64,000 nucleotides of DNA, taken from Octopus vulgaris (lineage: Eukaryota). Each line of letters opens with the position of its first letter. Position 1 is the stretch's first letter. The stretch is taken from contig OX597837.1 in NCBI GenBank assembly GCA_951406725.2, positions 36,146,001-36,210,000 of the forward strand, given 5' to 3'. Both the position numbers and the translations under genes were made by a program. Shown here piece by piece: positions 1-13,994 of this stretch. A model generated the notes under the pieces. That model was not told the origin of the DNA and ran no database searches. It worked only from the letters and a program-made list of their open reading frames with translations.

Positions 1-2
1 GG

Positions 3-42
<40 letters not shown>

Positions 43-345
43 GAGTGTGTGTGTGTGTGTGTGAGTGTGTGTGAGCACCGCGATACACTTAACGAATTCC
101 TGGTTGGCAAACAACAACAACAACAAAAAATATATATATATACTAAGGTTTCTGCTACCATGCTCTCTGTGAGTAGCCGACATTTCAATTATCTTGCTGC
201 TCAGATTGTAGAAAGTGGTATGTCGAATCTATACACACACACACACACACACATATATATACATACATATACATACATATATAAATATACATACATATAT
301 ATATATGTGTGTATACACACACACATATGTATGTATATGTATATG

Positions 346-386
<41 letters not shown>

Positions 387-517
387 TCACATGGCATCTG
401 TTTATGAGAATATCTGTAAACAAGATGTCAACACCCCCCAACCTTTCTTCACCCGCACCACTCCAACTAACCACTGCATAACGGTGTGTTGACAAACTTT
501 AAACCAAGGTACAAAAT

Positions 518-569
<52 letters not shown>

Positions 570-685
570 TATACTTATATACACATACATACATACATAT
601 ATATGTATATATATATATGTATACACACATATAGATACACATATATCTATATATTTATATAGATATGCATATATATTTATATAAA

Positions 686-765
<80 letters not shown>

Positions 766-898
766 ATATATGCATATATGTAAGAATATGATGTGTATAT
801 AATAATTATATGTATATATGAATGTATTATAAATGTATATATATATCTATATAAATAAATAAATATGTATATACATATGTATACACAGATATATATAC

Positions 899-941
<43 letters not shown>

Positions 942-1900
942 TATATGCAAATATATACATACACGTGTGTTTGTGTGTATGTATGCATACATGTGTGTGT
1001 GTGTCTGTGTTGAATCTAATCACTAAATTCAATCACTATTTCAGATACTTATTCGGCGTATTAGTTTCGCTTTATTTGCTTCTGACAGTTTTGCTAAACC
1101 TTCTTCAACTATGCTAAGAGAGGAAAAATAAACCTCGCACACGCACAAACACTCTCACAGCTCTCTGCATCGCCTATACACACGCGCCTAAACATACAGA
1201 CACACGCACGTATAGATATGTATATATATATATATATGTATATATATGAGTGTTTGTATTTATTATCAGACATAAGGAGGACTAGATCATTAAAAGAATT
1301 TAAAATAGTTAATGCAGGTGGAAGAACAACGTTTGGCAATAGTTAACAGAGAGGCAGATTGATAGATAGTCACGTAAATAAACACATATACATACATGTG
1401 TGCACGTATATAAGTAGATTTATATACATTCATACAAAATGTACGAACATGGAGGAAGCAGACGAACGGAAACGGATAGATAGATAGATGGGAAGATGTG
1501 TAGATGTACGGGTAAATATATTGATAAATCGACAGATTAGCAGATAGATACTTTGCTTACTACATACGCAGACATGTTTAAACTAAATAACTGATTGATT
1601 TATAGCTAGTTAGAATGTAAGTTGTTTGGTATGTATGTAGGAAGGTAGTTACGTACGTAAGTACGTAGGTAGGTATGTAGGTAGGTATGTAGGTAGGTTG
1701 GTAGGTAGGTAGGACAAACAAAGAGACAGACAGACATACAGACAGATAGATAGATACATACATTCATACATACATACATACGTACATACATACATACATA
1801 CATACATACATACATACCTACGTACATACATACATGCATAGGACAAACAGGCAGCGATATAGCGAGGCAGACAGACAGACAGATAAATAGATAGACAAAC

Positions 1901-1978
<78 letters not shown>

Positions 1979-2075
1979 GACAAACAGACAGAAATATAGC
2001 CAGACCGACAGACAGACAGAGAGATAGATACACAGACAGACGGACTGACAGAAAGACAGATAGATAGAAGTTGCC

Positions 2076-2143
<68 letters not shown>

Positions 2144-2443
2144 CCTTTCTACTATAGTATACACACACACACACACATCGTTGTTTTTATGCTAAACTGT
2201 TGTATGTCCAAATTTGGCCAAATGCGGTTTTTTTTCCAATATTTACTTTTGCTTGCAATAGCCAGTTTTTTTGGTCAAACTATCGTATCTCCAGCTGCTT
2301 CAGATGCCAAGATATCAAAAATTGTCAAAGTGTAGTACAATGGTATTGCTATGGAATGGTGAAACTAATCTTTTGTTTTCTGAAAAAGCAACATTTTAGA
2401 CTTACAACACTTTTGCATAATAGCAACAATGTATACAAACACG

Positions 2444-2556
<113 letters not shown>

Positions 2557-2609
2557 CCTTTATATTTTACTTGTTATATTTTACAGTCATTAGACTGCGG
2601 CCATGCTGG

Positions 2610-2745
2610 CTTAGTGGTTAAGAATATTGCACTTTTGATCGTAAAATTGTGGTTTCGATTCCTGAACCGGGTGTTGCATGATGTTCTCAGGCAAAACACT
2701 CCATTTCACGATGCTCTAGTCCACTCGGCTGGCAAAAGGAACGGC
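2610..2745 (+). mobile_element. Diverged tRNA-derived SINE head (family C-like)
   Basis: A-box-like GCTTAGTGGTTAAG and B-box-like GGTTTCGATTCC, followed by a ..caaaacact.catttcac..tgctct core shared with 24047-24280 and 7850-8176. Confidence 0.55.
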
Positions 2746-3068
2746 CCCTCAGCGGGAGGAATATATATGGCACAAAACCCGAAAAAGCGGGTTTACGTGC
2801 CTACAACTTTGATCTCTGATTCCTTTTCCTTCTCACACAGACACACACACACACACACACACACACGCATATTTATTGTATATACTCACATACTCACCGA
2901 ATCAAATGCACACATAAATATAATGAGATAATTTCGTGTTCTGCTGACCCCAAGATCAGAGAGCCATATGTACGCACGCACATGTGCATGTGTGCGTGAT
3001 GAGTGTGCACACGAAGGGGCACGAATGTATTTATGTATGTATGTTTGTATGTAAGTAGATACATGTGC

Positions 3069-3103
<35 letters not shown>

Positions 3104-3145
3104 AATACATATATATACATAAATATATATACGTACACACACATA

Positions 3146-3177
<32 letters not shown>

Positions 3178-3209
3178 CATGTGCATACGTATTTCTACAT
3201 ACTTATATA

Positions 3210-3258
<49 letters not shown>

Positions 3259-3312
3259 ACATACATATATAAATACACACACATATATATACATGAATAT
3301 ATATATACATAT

Positions 3313-3359
<47 letters not shown>

Positions 3360-3853
3360 GTATGCATACATATATACAAACATATTTATGTATGTAAGTA
3401 TATATATATATATACACACATGTATATATACATATATATATGTATATATACATATATACACTTATATGTATACATATATATATATATACATGCATATATA
3501 TATACATATATACATACATATATATATATATATATAATACATACATAACGAGAAAGTGAGAAAGAGAGAGAGAAGGAACGAGCGGGTGTGTGAGTGGGTG
3601 AGTGGGTGAGTAAGTGAGTGAGTGATTGAGTATATGAGGGAGGGAATGAGTGAAGGGAACCCGATAATGTGATATGTTCCACTGACCTCCAAACGACCAA
3701 CATCAAATACAGATGGTGTCATTGGAACTGAAGAGATGGAAACTTTCCAAAATATCTCATCATCAATTCTGACTCTGTTTCATGATCTTTACGTATTTGT
3801 GTGCGCGCGCGTGTGTGTGTGTGTATATATGTATGTGTGTATATGAATTTATG

Positions 3854-3898
<45 letters not shown>

Positions 3899-3904
3899 TG
3901 TATG

Positions 3905-3971
<67 letters not shown>

Positions 3972-3982
3972 GTATGTATATG

Positions 3983-4037
<55 letters not shown>

Positions 4038-4131
4038 ACTTGTGTGTCTGTCTGTCTGTCCGTTTGAGAGTTTGTTAATCTATATTTATTACACGAAGAT
4101 AACCATACATGTCTATGTAAGTGTATATACA

Positions 4132-4168
<37 letters not shown>

Positions 4169-4376
4169 GTGTGTGTGTAAGTTAAGTGTATATATACACT
4201 CAGCATACACATGTACATACACACACGCACGCACAGGCAAACACAGACGCACACACATGTCCATTTCCACATACAACACACACAGACGTATAAATGTCAT
4301 ACATGTGCATACGGACATGTGTATATATTTGTTTATTTATGTGCATACATCTTCATCATCATCATCATCATCATCC

Positions 4377-4461
<85 letters not shown>

Positions 4462-4624
4462 CATATTGGATTTTATGTTATATATATATATATATATAGA
4501 TAGATAGATAGATATACATATATATGTATATATATATATATGTACGTGTGTTTTGGTGTGTGTATATGCCTCTATTTATGTATGTATGTATGTATGTATG
4601 TATGTATGTATGTATATATGTATG

Positions 4625-4658
<34 letters not shown>

Positions 4659-5317
4659 TGTATGTATGTATGTATGTATGTATGTATGTATGTATGTATG
4701 AGGAATCTTGAATTATATATAGATAGATATATATATATATATATGTGTACGTGTGTTCTGGTTGTGTATATGCCTGTATTTATGTATTGTATGTATGTAT
4801 GTATGTATGTATGTATGAGGAGTCTTGAATTATATACATAAACCATCCAGCTATTCTTGGAATATCATAAATAATTTAGTAAAAAAATATCTCACTTCGA
4901 TCGTTTATCAGGTCCTCTCATTAAGAAATATTGATTAGCTGCCCCAAATGTCGTGATAACGCCGTATATAGAAACATTTTGAAGAAGAAAATATCTTACT
5001 ACAGATTAGCTAACTATATAAATAGGAAAACAAGTATTAGTTTGTGTCGGCCACCTTTGAAATTAGCAGGTATGACACCAATAGCGTCAATTTTCTTTAA
5101 TCCCGAAATACTTCGTGCCACAACAGGAATATTAGAGTATCGGGAATAAAGATTATCATCAAAGTCTCTCATTCGACTACGTCATACTTTGCGCAAAGCC
5201 TCCTATTCGCTGATCTAACCAAAGAAAACCGAACTAATACCAACGCCACTATTATAATTGATCTTGCACTTGCTATCATATTAAATACGTCCTAGAATCT
5301 GTTTAGCAAAGGTACAC

Positions 5318-5569
5318 CTTTCTTGTGAAAGGTAGAAGAGTCCAGTTTGCTGGACATTGTTGTAGAGCTGAAAACGAGGCAATTTCTACTCTTCTCCTCT
5401 GGAAGTCATCTACTCGCGATACCAGAGGGCGGACACTCTCCTACCCTGATGTAATCTCCAGGGATACAGGCATCCAGCAACAGGACCTCCGTAATGCTAT
5501 GATGGACCGTGAAGTCTGGCGTAGCATAGTAAGTTCCATTGTCTCTACCACGGTCGAACAATGATGATG
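5318..5569 (+). mobile_element. RTE-clade LINE, 5'-truncated 3' end
   Basis: Translates RRVQFAGHCCRAENEAISTLLLW...YPDVISRDTG...AMMDREVWR*, typical of the RTE ORF C-terminus; (TGA)3 tail; 10-bp TSD AAAGGTACAC at 5308-5317 and 5570-5579. Confidence 0.85.
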
Positions 5570-5924
5570 AAAGGTACACATTGCAAACACCTCCAAAGTA
5601 TGCATCGGTCTTATGTAGAATAGTTTTAAAATTTTGCTATAAAGAAGTCACCCACTCGCTTCGTAATTCTGCAAGACGTATGTGACTTCGCTATCTAGTT
5701 ATATTTGGAAATTGAAATACCCAATCTAAAGTTAAGTTATATCTAGGTAACAAGAGACCTAGCAACCTCTGTACCACAGAGGCTAATATATATCTTTCTT
5801 GCTTTTTTTTTGCACAATGATCTTTCTTAATAGACATTTGGAAAATATAGTTTTGGCTATCATAAAATTTATAAAATCATTTAACGCTACCGTGAGCCCT
5901 ACAACATTTGTACAATGCGGATAA

Positions 5925-6312
5925 TATACCTTAACATCAAATTCAGAATTCATCCCAGGCTGGAATCACGTGCCATACACCCCTACACAAGCTTACAACA
6001 CATAAATTCACTGTATCACAATTCCTTTACTTCAGCAGGTCCTGATCTATTTAACATTATTCCGAAACAAATCAAAGGAGAAAAAGGTCCGAAAATCAAC
6101 GAACGATATCTGGACAAAACTTTTCAAGAGATATCAGATAAGCTACCTATACCTGGATACATCTCAGTCAACAACAATTCCTAACTTGAATGGACCATGA
6201 TATTGCAAAAATCGACTTAAAAATTACTTTACACAGTCCATCGTTCGGTGCTATTAAGTTAGACATGGCCTGGACCTATCTTTGGCCGAAACATATCTAA
6301 GTTATCTAAGTT
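5925..6312 (+). mobile_element. CR1-like LINE 3' fragment
   Basis: HPRL...HNSFTSAGPDLFNIIPKQIK...LDK...ISDKLPIPGY..NNNS resembles the CR1-group ORF2 C-terminus; short tandem tail TATCTAAGT x2. Confidence 0.65.
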
Positions 6313-6381
6313 TATACAAATATTTTAAACTTTTCTCTTCCCCTGAGAGCTAACACTAATATATACAGTTGAATAGGTTTC

Positions 6382-6434
<53 letters not shown>

Positions 6435-6653
6435 CTGTATGATAATATATCATAATAACATTTCTCCTGTTTGAAGCGACAATTTTTAAATACAGACAAA
6501 TGACTGAAAAATGATGAGCTAAACCAAGCCAGAATCGAACCCACAAATCATGGCTAACAGGGCTCCTTGCGCATCCGAGTAAGCCAAACGCTTATCCATC
6601 AATTTCAACCAAATTTAGTTAATATATACTTAAACTGCTTAATACTACTAAAC

Positions 6654-6730
6654 CTTTGTAAGCCTAGTAGTCATTCTATCGGTCTCTTTTGTCGAACCGC
6701 TCTGTTACGAAGGACAAACACAAACGCATA

Positions 6731-6765
<35 letters not shown>

Positions 6766-6904
6766 GACGGGCTTCTTTCCGTCTCCGTCTATCAAATCTA
6801 CTCACAAGGCTTTGGTCGGTCCGAGGCTATAGTTGAAGACACTTGTCCAAGGTGCCACGCAGTGGTACTGAACCCGGAACCATGCGGTTGAAAAGCAAGC
6901 TTCT
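6654..6904 (-). mobile_element. tRNA-SINE family A, partial
   Basis: Reverse complement of the head and body of 60458-60870; internal (TA)n. Confidence 0.85.
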
Positions 6905-6906
6905 AT

Positions 6907-6979
<73 letters not shown>

Positions 6980-7041
6980 CGTACATACATACATACATAC
7001 ATACATACATACATACATACATACATACATACATACATACA

Positions 7042-7074
<33 letters not shown>

Positions 7075-7168
7075 TTTCTTACTCCGTTTCACAATTCAAA
7101 TAATTTAAACGAACTGATAAGGTTGTCTTGTCTTGATTTTGTTTGCCTTTTCTTTAAATTATATACAT

Positions 7169-7327
<159 letters not shown>

Positions 7328-7849
7328 CTTATATATATATCTGTTTGTATGGCGTCTGCGATTTTTTCCGATGCCCCTTTACACTTCTGGAATCCAACAA
7401 AACTTTCACATTTATCTTCAAACGGTCTTTGATATTTTCTTCTGCACTACTTTCTTATCTTCACCCCCCGCCGCCACCGCTTCCACTTCCACTGCTGCCA
7501 ACGCCACACGTTTATTATTGCTTTCGTTGTTGATGCTGCTTGTGATGATGATGATGATCATCATGTCATTAGATCTGGCAACATTCGAACAACGATATCC
7601 TGGCTTGCTTTGCCCCAGGTAAAATGTCAAATCTGTGCAGTCGGCTGGAATGTGGTGGGTCTGGGTGGAATTACTGCTTGTATTTCTGATGCGTTGTGCC
7701 ACGTGAGATTGGATCAAGCAGAAACTTATTATTAAAAGCGCTCCAACCATGACCCTATTTCGTCAGACATTATCTGTACCGGACTTACATTATCTAATAA
7801 TATCCCGTTTGTAACCCTTTCCCTGTCCTATGTATCACATATGATATGG

Positions 7850-8176
7850 TAAGGGGTAAAAGCACTACTCCGGTCATGATTGACCATGGGATTGCACCTA
7901 GAAAGTTACCCTCGGAGGCACAAGTCCGGGCAAGATTATTTATGGAAGACCTGCAGTCACCCATGCATATCAGCCTCCCCTCTCCACACCACCGATGTTA
8001 TCCAAGGGAAAGGCAAAGGGGTCGATACAGCTTGGTACCAGTGATCCCGAAACTCATTTCTGATTGAACAGGAGCAACGTGAAAATCAAGTGTCTTGCTC
8101 AAGAACACAAAACACACCCCGGTCGGGGAATCGAACTCACTACATCACGATTGTAAGCACGTCGCTCTAAGACTGA
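7850..8176 (-). mobile_element. tRNA-derived SINE (family C-like head, different 3' part)
   Basis: Minus strand has B-box GAGTTCGATTCCC followed by tgtgttcttgagcaagacact core. Confidence 0.65.
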
Positions 8177-8218
8177 AATAAATGGAAAAATAAAAACGAA
8201 CGAAATTATCTGACAACC

Positions 8219-8264
<46 letters not shown>

Positions 8265-8290
8265 TTTTTTTTTTTTTTTTTCTCTTTTTA

Positions 8291-8655
8291 TAGCGTGCTT
8301 TCACTTCACTACCGAGCGCAGCTCTGTGTGCCTTGGGTATGTGCTGTGATTTGTTGTGATGCTCTGATGGTTATTGTATGGAAAGTGTTCTGCGTAGGAT
8401 GTGTGCAGTGCCTAGTAGTGCAATTTTCTGGTTGTTATATGTGTTTGTAAGTCCTGGTGTTTTTGTTATGTATTTGTCTGAATATTTTTTTTATCATGCC
8501 TAATGCACCTACTAAGATAGGAATTGTTTCTATTTTCAGGTTCCACATTCTAGTTACCTCTATTTCCAGGTCTTTGTATTTTGAGAGTTTCTCCATTTCT
8601 TTTAGAGACACGTTGTCATCTGCCGGTATTGATACATCAATTAGAAAGCATTTTT
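8291..8655 (-). mobile_element. R4/Dong-like non-LTR retrotransposon 3' end (restriction-like endonuclease domain)
   Basis: Minus translation CFLIDVSIPADDNVSLKEMEKLSKYKDLEIEVTRMW...IPILVGALG...QKIALLGTAHILRRTLSIQ* with one frameshift; (TAA)n on both sides. Confidence 0.85.
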
Positions 8656-8660
8656 TTTTA

Positions 8661-8729
<69 letters not shown>

Positions 8730-9102
8730 GTGTCCCAGTGTAATCTTGCTTACGGGTGGCATTGTATATTGTTTTCGGAACAACCTGATGCCATTTGGAA
8801 AGGTTGGGACTTCGATTGCATGTGTGTGCATCTATTGATTGCATGTGCAATATGCAATGTGCAACTGCAGTATCTTCCACAGAAATCTGACATAATTGAC
8901 ATTTTCAGATGCATCTTTGAGATTAAGGGATTTCATTGTCTTTCTCTCCGATGTTCATTTTCGGATTTCCGATTTCGGATTTTGGTGGCTGTTTCTTTTC
9001 AAAAAGAAAAAAAAAAGGCGTAACCTTCGAACTGTGACGTGATGTAACGATCACCGATTCCCAAAGAAACTATACTTCATGCAAATCATCATCATCATCA
9101 CT

Positions 9103-9155
<53 letters not shown>

Positions 9156-9458
9156 TTTCATTGTCGTCATCGTCTTCACCATCATCATCCTCCTCATCAT
9201 CATCACAATCATCATCATCATCATCACAATCATCATCTTCATCATTTTCGTTGTCGTCATCATCATCATCTTCGTCATCATCGTCGTTATCATTAAGGTG
9301 ACAAGCTAGCAGGATTCTTTAAGAGCATCGGTTAAAAAGTGCTTTGCTGCATTTCTTCCGGTTCTATTCTTCCCAAGTTCAAATCGCACCGAAGTCAAAC
9401 TTGTTTTTCATCCTTTTGGTGCTCGATACACACACACAGACACACACACACACACAGA

Positions 9459-9572
<114 letters not shown>

Positions 9573-9582
9573 CACACACAAA

Positions 9583-9810
9583 GGCGGTGAGCTGGCAGAA
9601 TCGTTAGCACGCCGGGCGAAATGCTTTGCGGTATTTCGTCCGCCGCTGCGTTCTGTGTTCAAATTCCGCCGAGGTCGACTTTGCCTTTCATCCTTTCGGG
9701 GTCGATAAATTAAGTACCAGTTACACACTGGGGTCGTTGTAATCGACTTAATTCGTTTGTCTATCTTTGTTTGTCCCCTCTATGTTTAGCCCCTTGTGGG
9801 TAATAAGAAA
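9583..9810 (+). mobile_element. SINE family B, near full length
   Basis: GGCGGTGAGCTGGCAGAATCGTTAG head, GTTCAAATTCC B-box, central GCCTTTCATCCTTTCGGGGTCGATAAATTAAGTACCAG domain; more than 10 copies in the window; a diverged copy lies at about 9295-9430. Confidence 0.85.
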
Positions 9811-9995
9811 ACATATATATATATATATATACATATAGGAGAGGGATGACCACTATGTGGACAGCCCTTATGCTAGAAGTAGATCCGCTATGGTCTTACC
9901 GCTAAGAAATGTTCTCAAGAAAAATTTACCAAACACCAGAACGTAAGCGAGCCAGACAAATGACAAGTAACAAAAATATAGATTAATCACAAACA

Positions 9996-10210
9996 TGTTT
10001 GTGTGTCTGTGTTTGTCCCCCTAGCATTGCTTGACAACCGATGCTGGTGTGTTTACGTCCCCCGTCACTTAGCAGTTCGGCAAAAGAGACCGATAGAATA
10101 AGTACTGGGCTTACAAAGAATAAGTCCCGGGGTCGATTTGCTCGACTAAAGGCGGTGCTCCAGCATGGCCGCAGTCAAATGACTGAAACAAGTAAAAGAG
10201 AGAGAAAGAG
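9996..10210 (+). mobile_element. SINE family A, 3' half
   Basis: Near identical to 60664-60870 (..gaccgatagaataagtact..ccagcatggccgcagtcaaatgactgaaacaagtaaaagag). Confidence 0.85.
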
Positions 10211-10236
10211 TATGTTTGTGATTAATCTATATTTTG

Positions 10237-10633
10237 TTACTTTTCATTGACAGTCTGGCCCTGGGGAACAACTTCTCGATGTACAATACTGTTGGTGTTC
10301 GGGGGAGGGGATCGATGAGCATGCTCTTGATTGAGCTGTGGCCCTGTCCTGCCTTCTTCGGTCGTGGATATGAAGGGTTCTTCCATTGTGACGATTGTCG
10401 CTTCGTCGCCGTAAGCTTGCCGAAACATGCTCAATGTCTTTGTAGTAGATTTCCTAAGTTTAACGCAAAATTTCCCATCGGTTCTTTGTTCCGACTTCCT
10501 GTCAATGGCAAAAATGGCAGACCACGTGATCACAAAAACACAATTTCACAATTTGCGAAGTAAACACAGCGGTGTCACTCGGAAGAGACTGCCTCATGAA
10601 GGTCAATGCTAACCTGTTTCGATACCACCTCGT
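10237..10633 (-). mobile_element. Mariner transposon, internally deleted 5' part
   Basis: EQRTDGKFCVKLRKSTTKTLSMFRQAYGDEA (mariner N-terminal HTH) fused to IVHREVVPQGQTVN; terminus TA-CGAGG on the minus strand near 10633. Confidence 0.8.
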
Positions 10634-10667
10634 ATATACACGATAATCTTTCACATAGTTTTCGTAT

Positions 10668-11056
10668 GTGGAAGCACTCCGTCGGTTACGACGATGAGGG
10701 GTTCCGGTTGATCCGATCAACCGAACAGCCTGCTCGTGAAATTAACGTGTAAGTGGCTGAGCACTCCACAGACACGTGTACCCTTAACGTAGTTCTCGGG
10801 GATATTCAGCGTGACACAGAGAGTGACAAGGCCGGCCCTTTGAAATACAGGTACAACAGAAACAGGAAGTAAGAGTGAGAGAAAGTTGTGGTGAAAGAGT
10901 ACAGCAGGGTCCACCACCACCCCCTGTCAGAGCCTCGTGGAGCTTTAGGTGTTTTCGCTCAATAAACACTCACAACGCCCGGTCTGGGAATCGAAACCGC
11001 GATCCTACGACCGCGAGTCCGCTGCCCTAACCACTGGGCCATTGCGCCTCCACAAC
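10668..11056 (-). mobile_element. tRNA-SINE family C, full length, nested in an older family A copy
   Basis: Minus head GTGGAGGCGCAATGGCCCAGTGGTTAGG..GGTTTCGATTCCC; second copy at 30694-31070; probable TSD TTTCGTAT at 10660-10667 and 11057-11064. Confidence 0.85.
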
Positions 11057-11400
11057 TTTCGTATAACCTAATCCATTCACAAGGCATTAGTCAGCCGTAC
11101 GTTATGGCGGAAAAAGCATTTGCCCAATGTACCGCACAGTGAGATTGAACCTAAAACGACATGGCCGCAAAAGTAACCGTCTTAACCACACAGCCATTCT
11201 TGCCCCTGTGTTTTTAAATGACTGCAAGATCTTTCGTGCGTCCAAACACCTTCGACAATAAATATTATTAGATTCAACCAAAATATTATTCTTGGAAATG
11301 TTATTTTCTTCCTGTTTTTAAGACAAAAGATTTCTATGGTAGTGTATTGTTTGTAAAAAATGTGAAAGAGTCCGGATGTGGAGGTGACTGCGTATAAATG

Positions 11401-11469
<69 letters not shown>

Positions 11470-11617
11470 TTGTGCGGTATGGCTGCGTATATCTAAGTTA
11501 GGAAAAAAAAAAGAAAAACAAGCGTTCGTTCCCAACCGCCATTCCACCAACACAACGGACGATGCTGTAACATCGCGACGTAAACAACTTCATATATATA
11601 CGTATGTATATATATGC

Positions 11618-11657
<40 letters not shown>

Positions 11658-12001
11658 AGATAGATAGATAGATAGATTGATAGACAGACAGATAAATAGA
11701 TGCGTATGTATATATCTATGTATGTATATATGTATGAATGTAAGAATTTACACGTATTCATATATATGTATACATATATGTATGTGTTCTTATATATTTA
11801 TTTCTATATGTAAAATACACATTTATGCATATATATATATATATATACATCTATTTAGCTGTCTCTATACACGCAAATTCAGAGAAACACACACATATAT
11901 ATACATATGTATGTTTATACACGTATACATATACATACATACACATATATATATATTTATGCATATACATACATACACACATATATATTTATGCATATAT
12001 A

Positions 12002-12073
<72 letters not shown>

Positions 12074-12123
12074 TATATGAACAAAGGAGAGAGAAATGCA
12101 TACATATACATATATATGTGTGT

Positions 12124-12187
<64 letters not shown>

Positions 12188-12628
12188 AATATAGTATGCT
12201 TTACTCTCTTGCTTTCTCACCCTGGTTAGGTGATATGATGGCGGGATATCTAGGGGTGGGCTATGAGAGGTGAGTCGACTCGGCTGTCCGCCATATTTTT
12301 TTGTGTCAAACACGTCACCTTCCCTCCCTCAGCCGTCGTCCGATTGCCAGGAATACGATTCACTTCACACAAACATCGTAAACAACACGCACGCACACAC
12401 ACACACACACACACATACACACACGCATACACACACACATGTACACATATAGAATTTCATACAAGCACTACAAAAACACACACATGCGCATACATATAAA
12501 TACATAAAAACAGATATAGTCAGCCACATATACACATATTTTAAATATGGCTATTATAAGTTGCAGGACAAACAATGATTGTAAGCCGTTACGTATTGAA
12601 CATTATTATGTAGATATAAGTAATATAA

Positions 12629-12685
<57 letters not shown>

Positions 12686-12689
<4 letters not shown>

Positions 12690-13085
12690 TGTGTGGTAAG
12701 TAGCTTGCTTATCAACCACATGGTTCTGGGTTCAGTCCCACTGCGTGGCACCTTGGCCAAGTGTCTTCTACTATAGCCTCGGGCAGACCAAAGCCTTGTG
12801 AGTGGGTTTGATAGATGGAAACTTAAAAAACCCCATCATGTGTGTGTGTGTGTGTATGTGTGTGTGTGTGTGTGTGTGTCCTTTTGTCTGTTTACCGCTC
12901 ACCACTGCTTGACAACCGGTGTTGGTTTGTGTGAGTGTTCTCGTAACTTAGCGACCAAGCAAAAGAGATCAATAAAATAAGTACCGGGCTTAAAACATAT
13001 AAATTGGATCCAATTGATTTAAAGAGAAATCTTTCAAGGCAGTGTTCCAGCATGGCCGCAGTCTAATGACAAAAACAAGTAAAAT
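12686..13085 (+). mobile_element. SINE family A, near full length
   Basis: TGGCTGTGTGGTAAG A-box, GGTTCAGTCCC B-box, internal (TG)n, 3' ccagcatggccgcagtc. Confidence 0.85.
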
Positions 13086-13994
13086 ATATAAGATATTCAT
13101 ACATACACACACACACACACACAGATATATATGTATATTAGGATTATGACTTTTTCACAGCCTAATAACCCTATACTGTAATTACCATGACATAATTTTG
13201 TTTTATTTGAAAAAACATCACCCCCAACTTAAGAAATAGATCACCACTTTTGACCCAAATCATGCAAAATTCTAGGGTTGGGGGTTCATAACGCCTACTC
13301 ATTTTTTTTATCAAACTTGGTGTGCTGACTCAATGCAATAAATACATACATACATACATACATACATACATACATACATACATACATACATACAAACATA
13401 CATACATACATACATACATACATACACACATACACACATACATATATATGCCTATGTATATACCCATATATATATTTAGGTATCTCTGCGCACGCACGCA
13501 CACACACACACATATATGAGGGCGTGTGGCCAAGTGGTTAGAGTGATGCACTCACGTTCGCGAGGTCATGATTTCGATTCCCGCAGCAGTATGTATGTGC
13601 GTAATGCTTATCAAAAGCAGATGATGACGATAAGAGAGAGGGGGAGACAGAGATTGAGAGAGAGAAACAGACAGAGAGATATAGAGTGAGATAGATAGAT
13701 AAGATAGATAGATAGAGAGAGAGAGAGCGAGAGAGAGAGATAATGGATGGCGGAAGTATAATCAAGTAGTTAATTGAACCGAATCTCCGGTATATAGTGA
13801 GTATGTGGTCCACCTTTGACATTATTTACACAAAGGTCCCATTTACTGTAACCTTCCTCCATTACACCTCTATATTTTCTGTGAGTCTGTCTGTCTCTTT
13901 TACTCAACTCTGTATTATCATTTATATATATCTTGGTCTCTCTCTATCTTCGCTCTCTGGTCTTCATGCTTGAGTATGTGTGTGTATAAAGAGT

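Noticed and set aside
1053-1115. Possible hammerhead remnants on the minus strand here, at 37568-37598 and at 46050-46075
   Set aside because: The core is too degenerate or only the GAAA half is present; suggestive of Penelope termini but not supportable individually.
4870-5300. 72-aa ORF with CPKC, a possible Penelope-like remnant
   Set aside because: No clear GIY/YIG motif can be recovered by eye.
7573-7618. AG..GT-bounded 46-nt mini-exon candidate
   Set aside because: Weak pyrimidine tract, no recognisable peptide, expected by chance.
13519-13590. tRNA-like sequences here and at SINE heads (about 10980-11052, 24047-24110)
   Set aside because: A/B boxes are present but there is no complete cloverleaf or acceptor stem; these are SINE heads, not tRNA genes.
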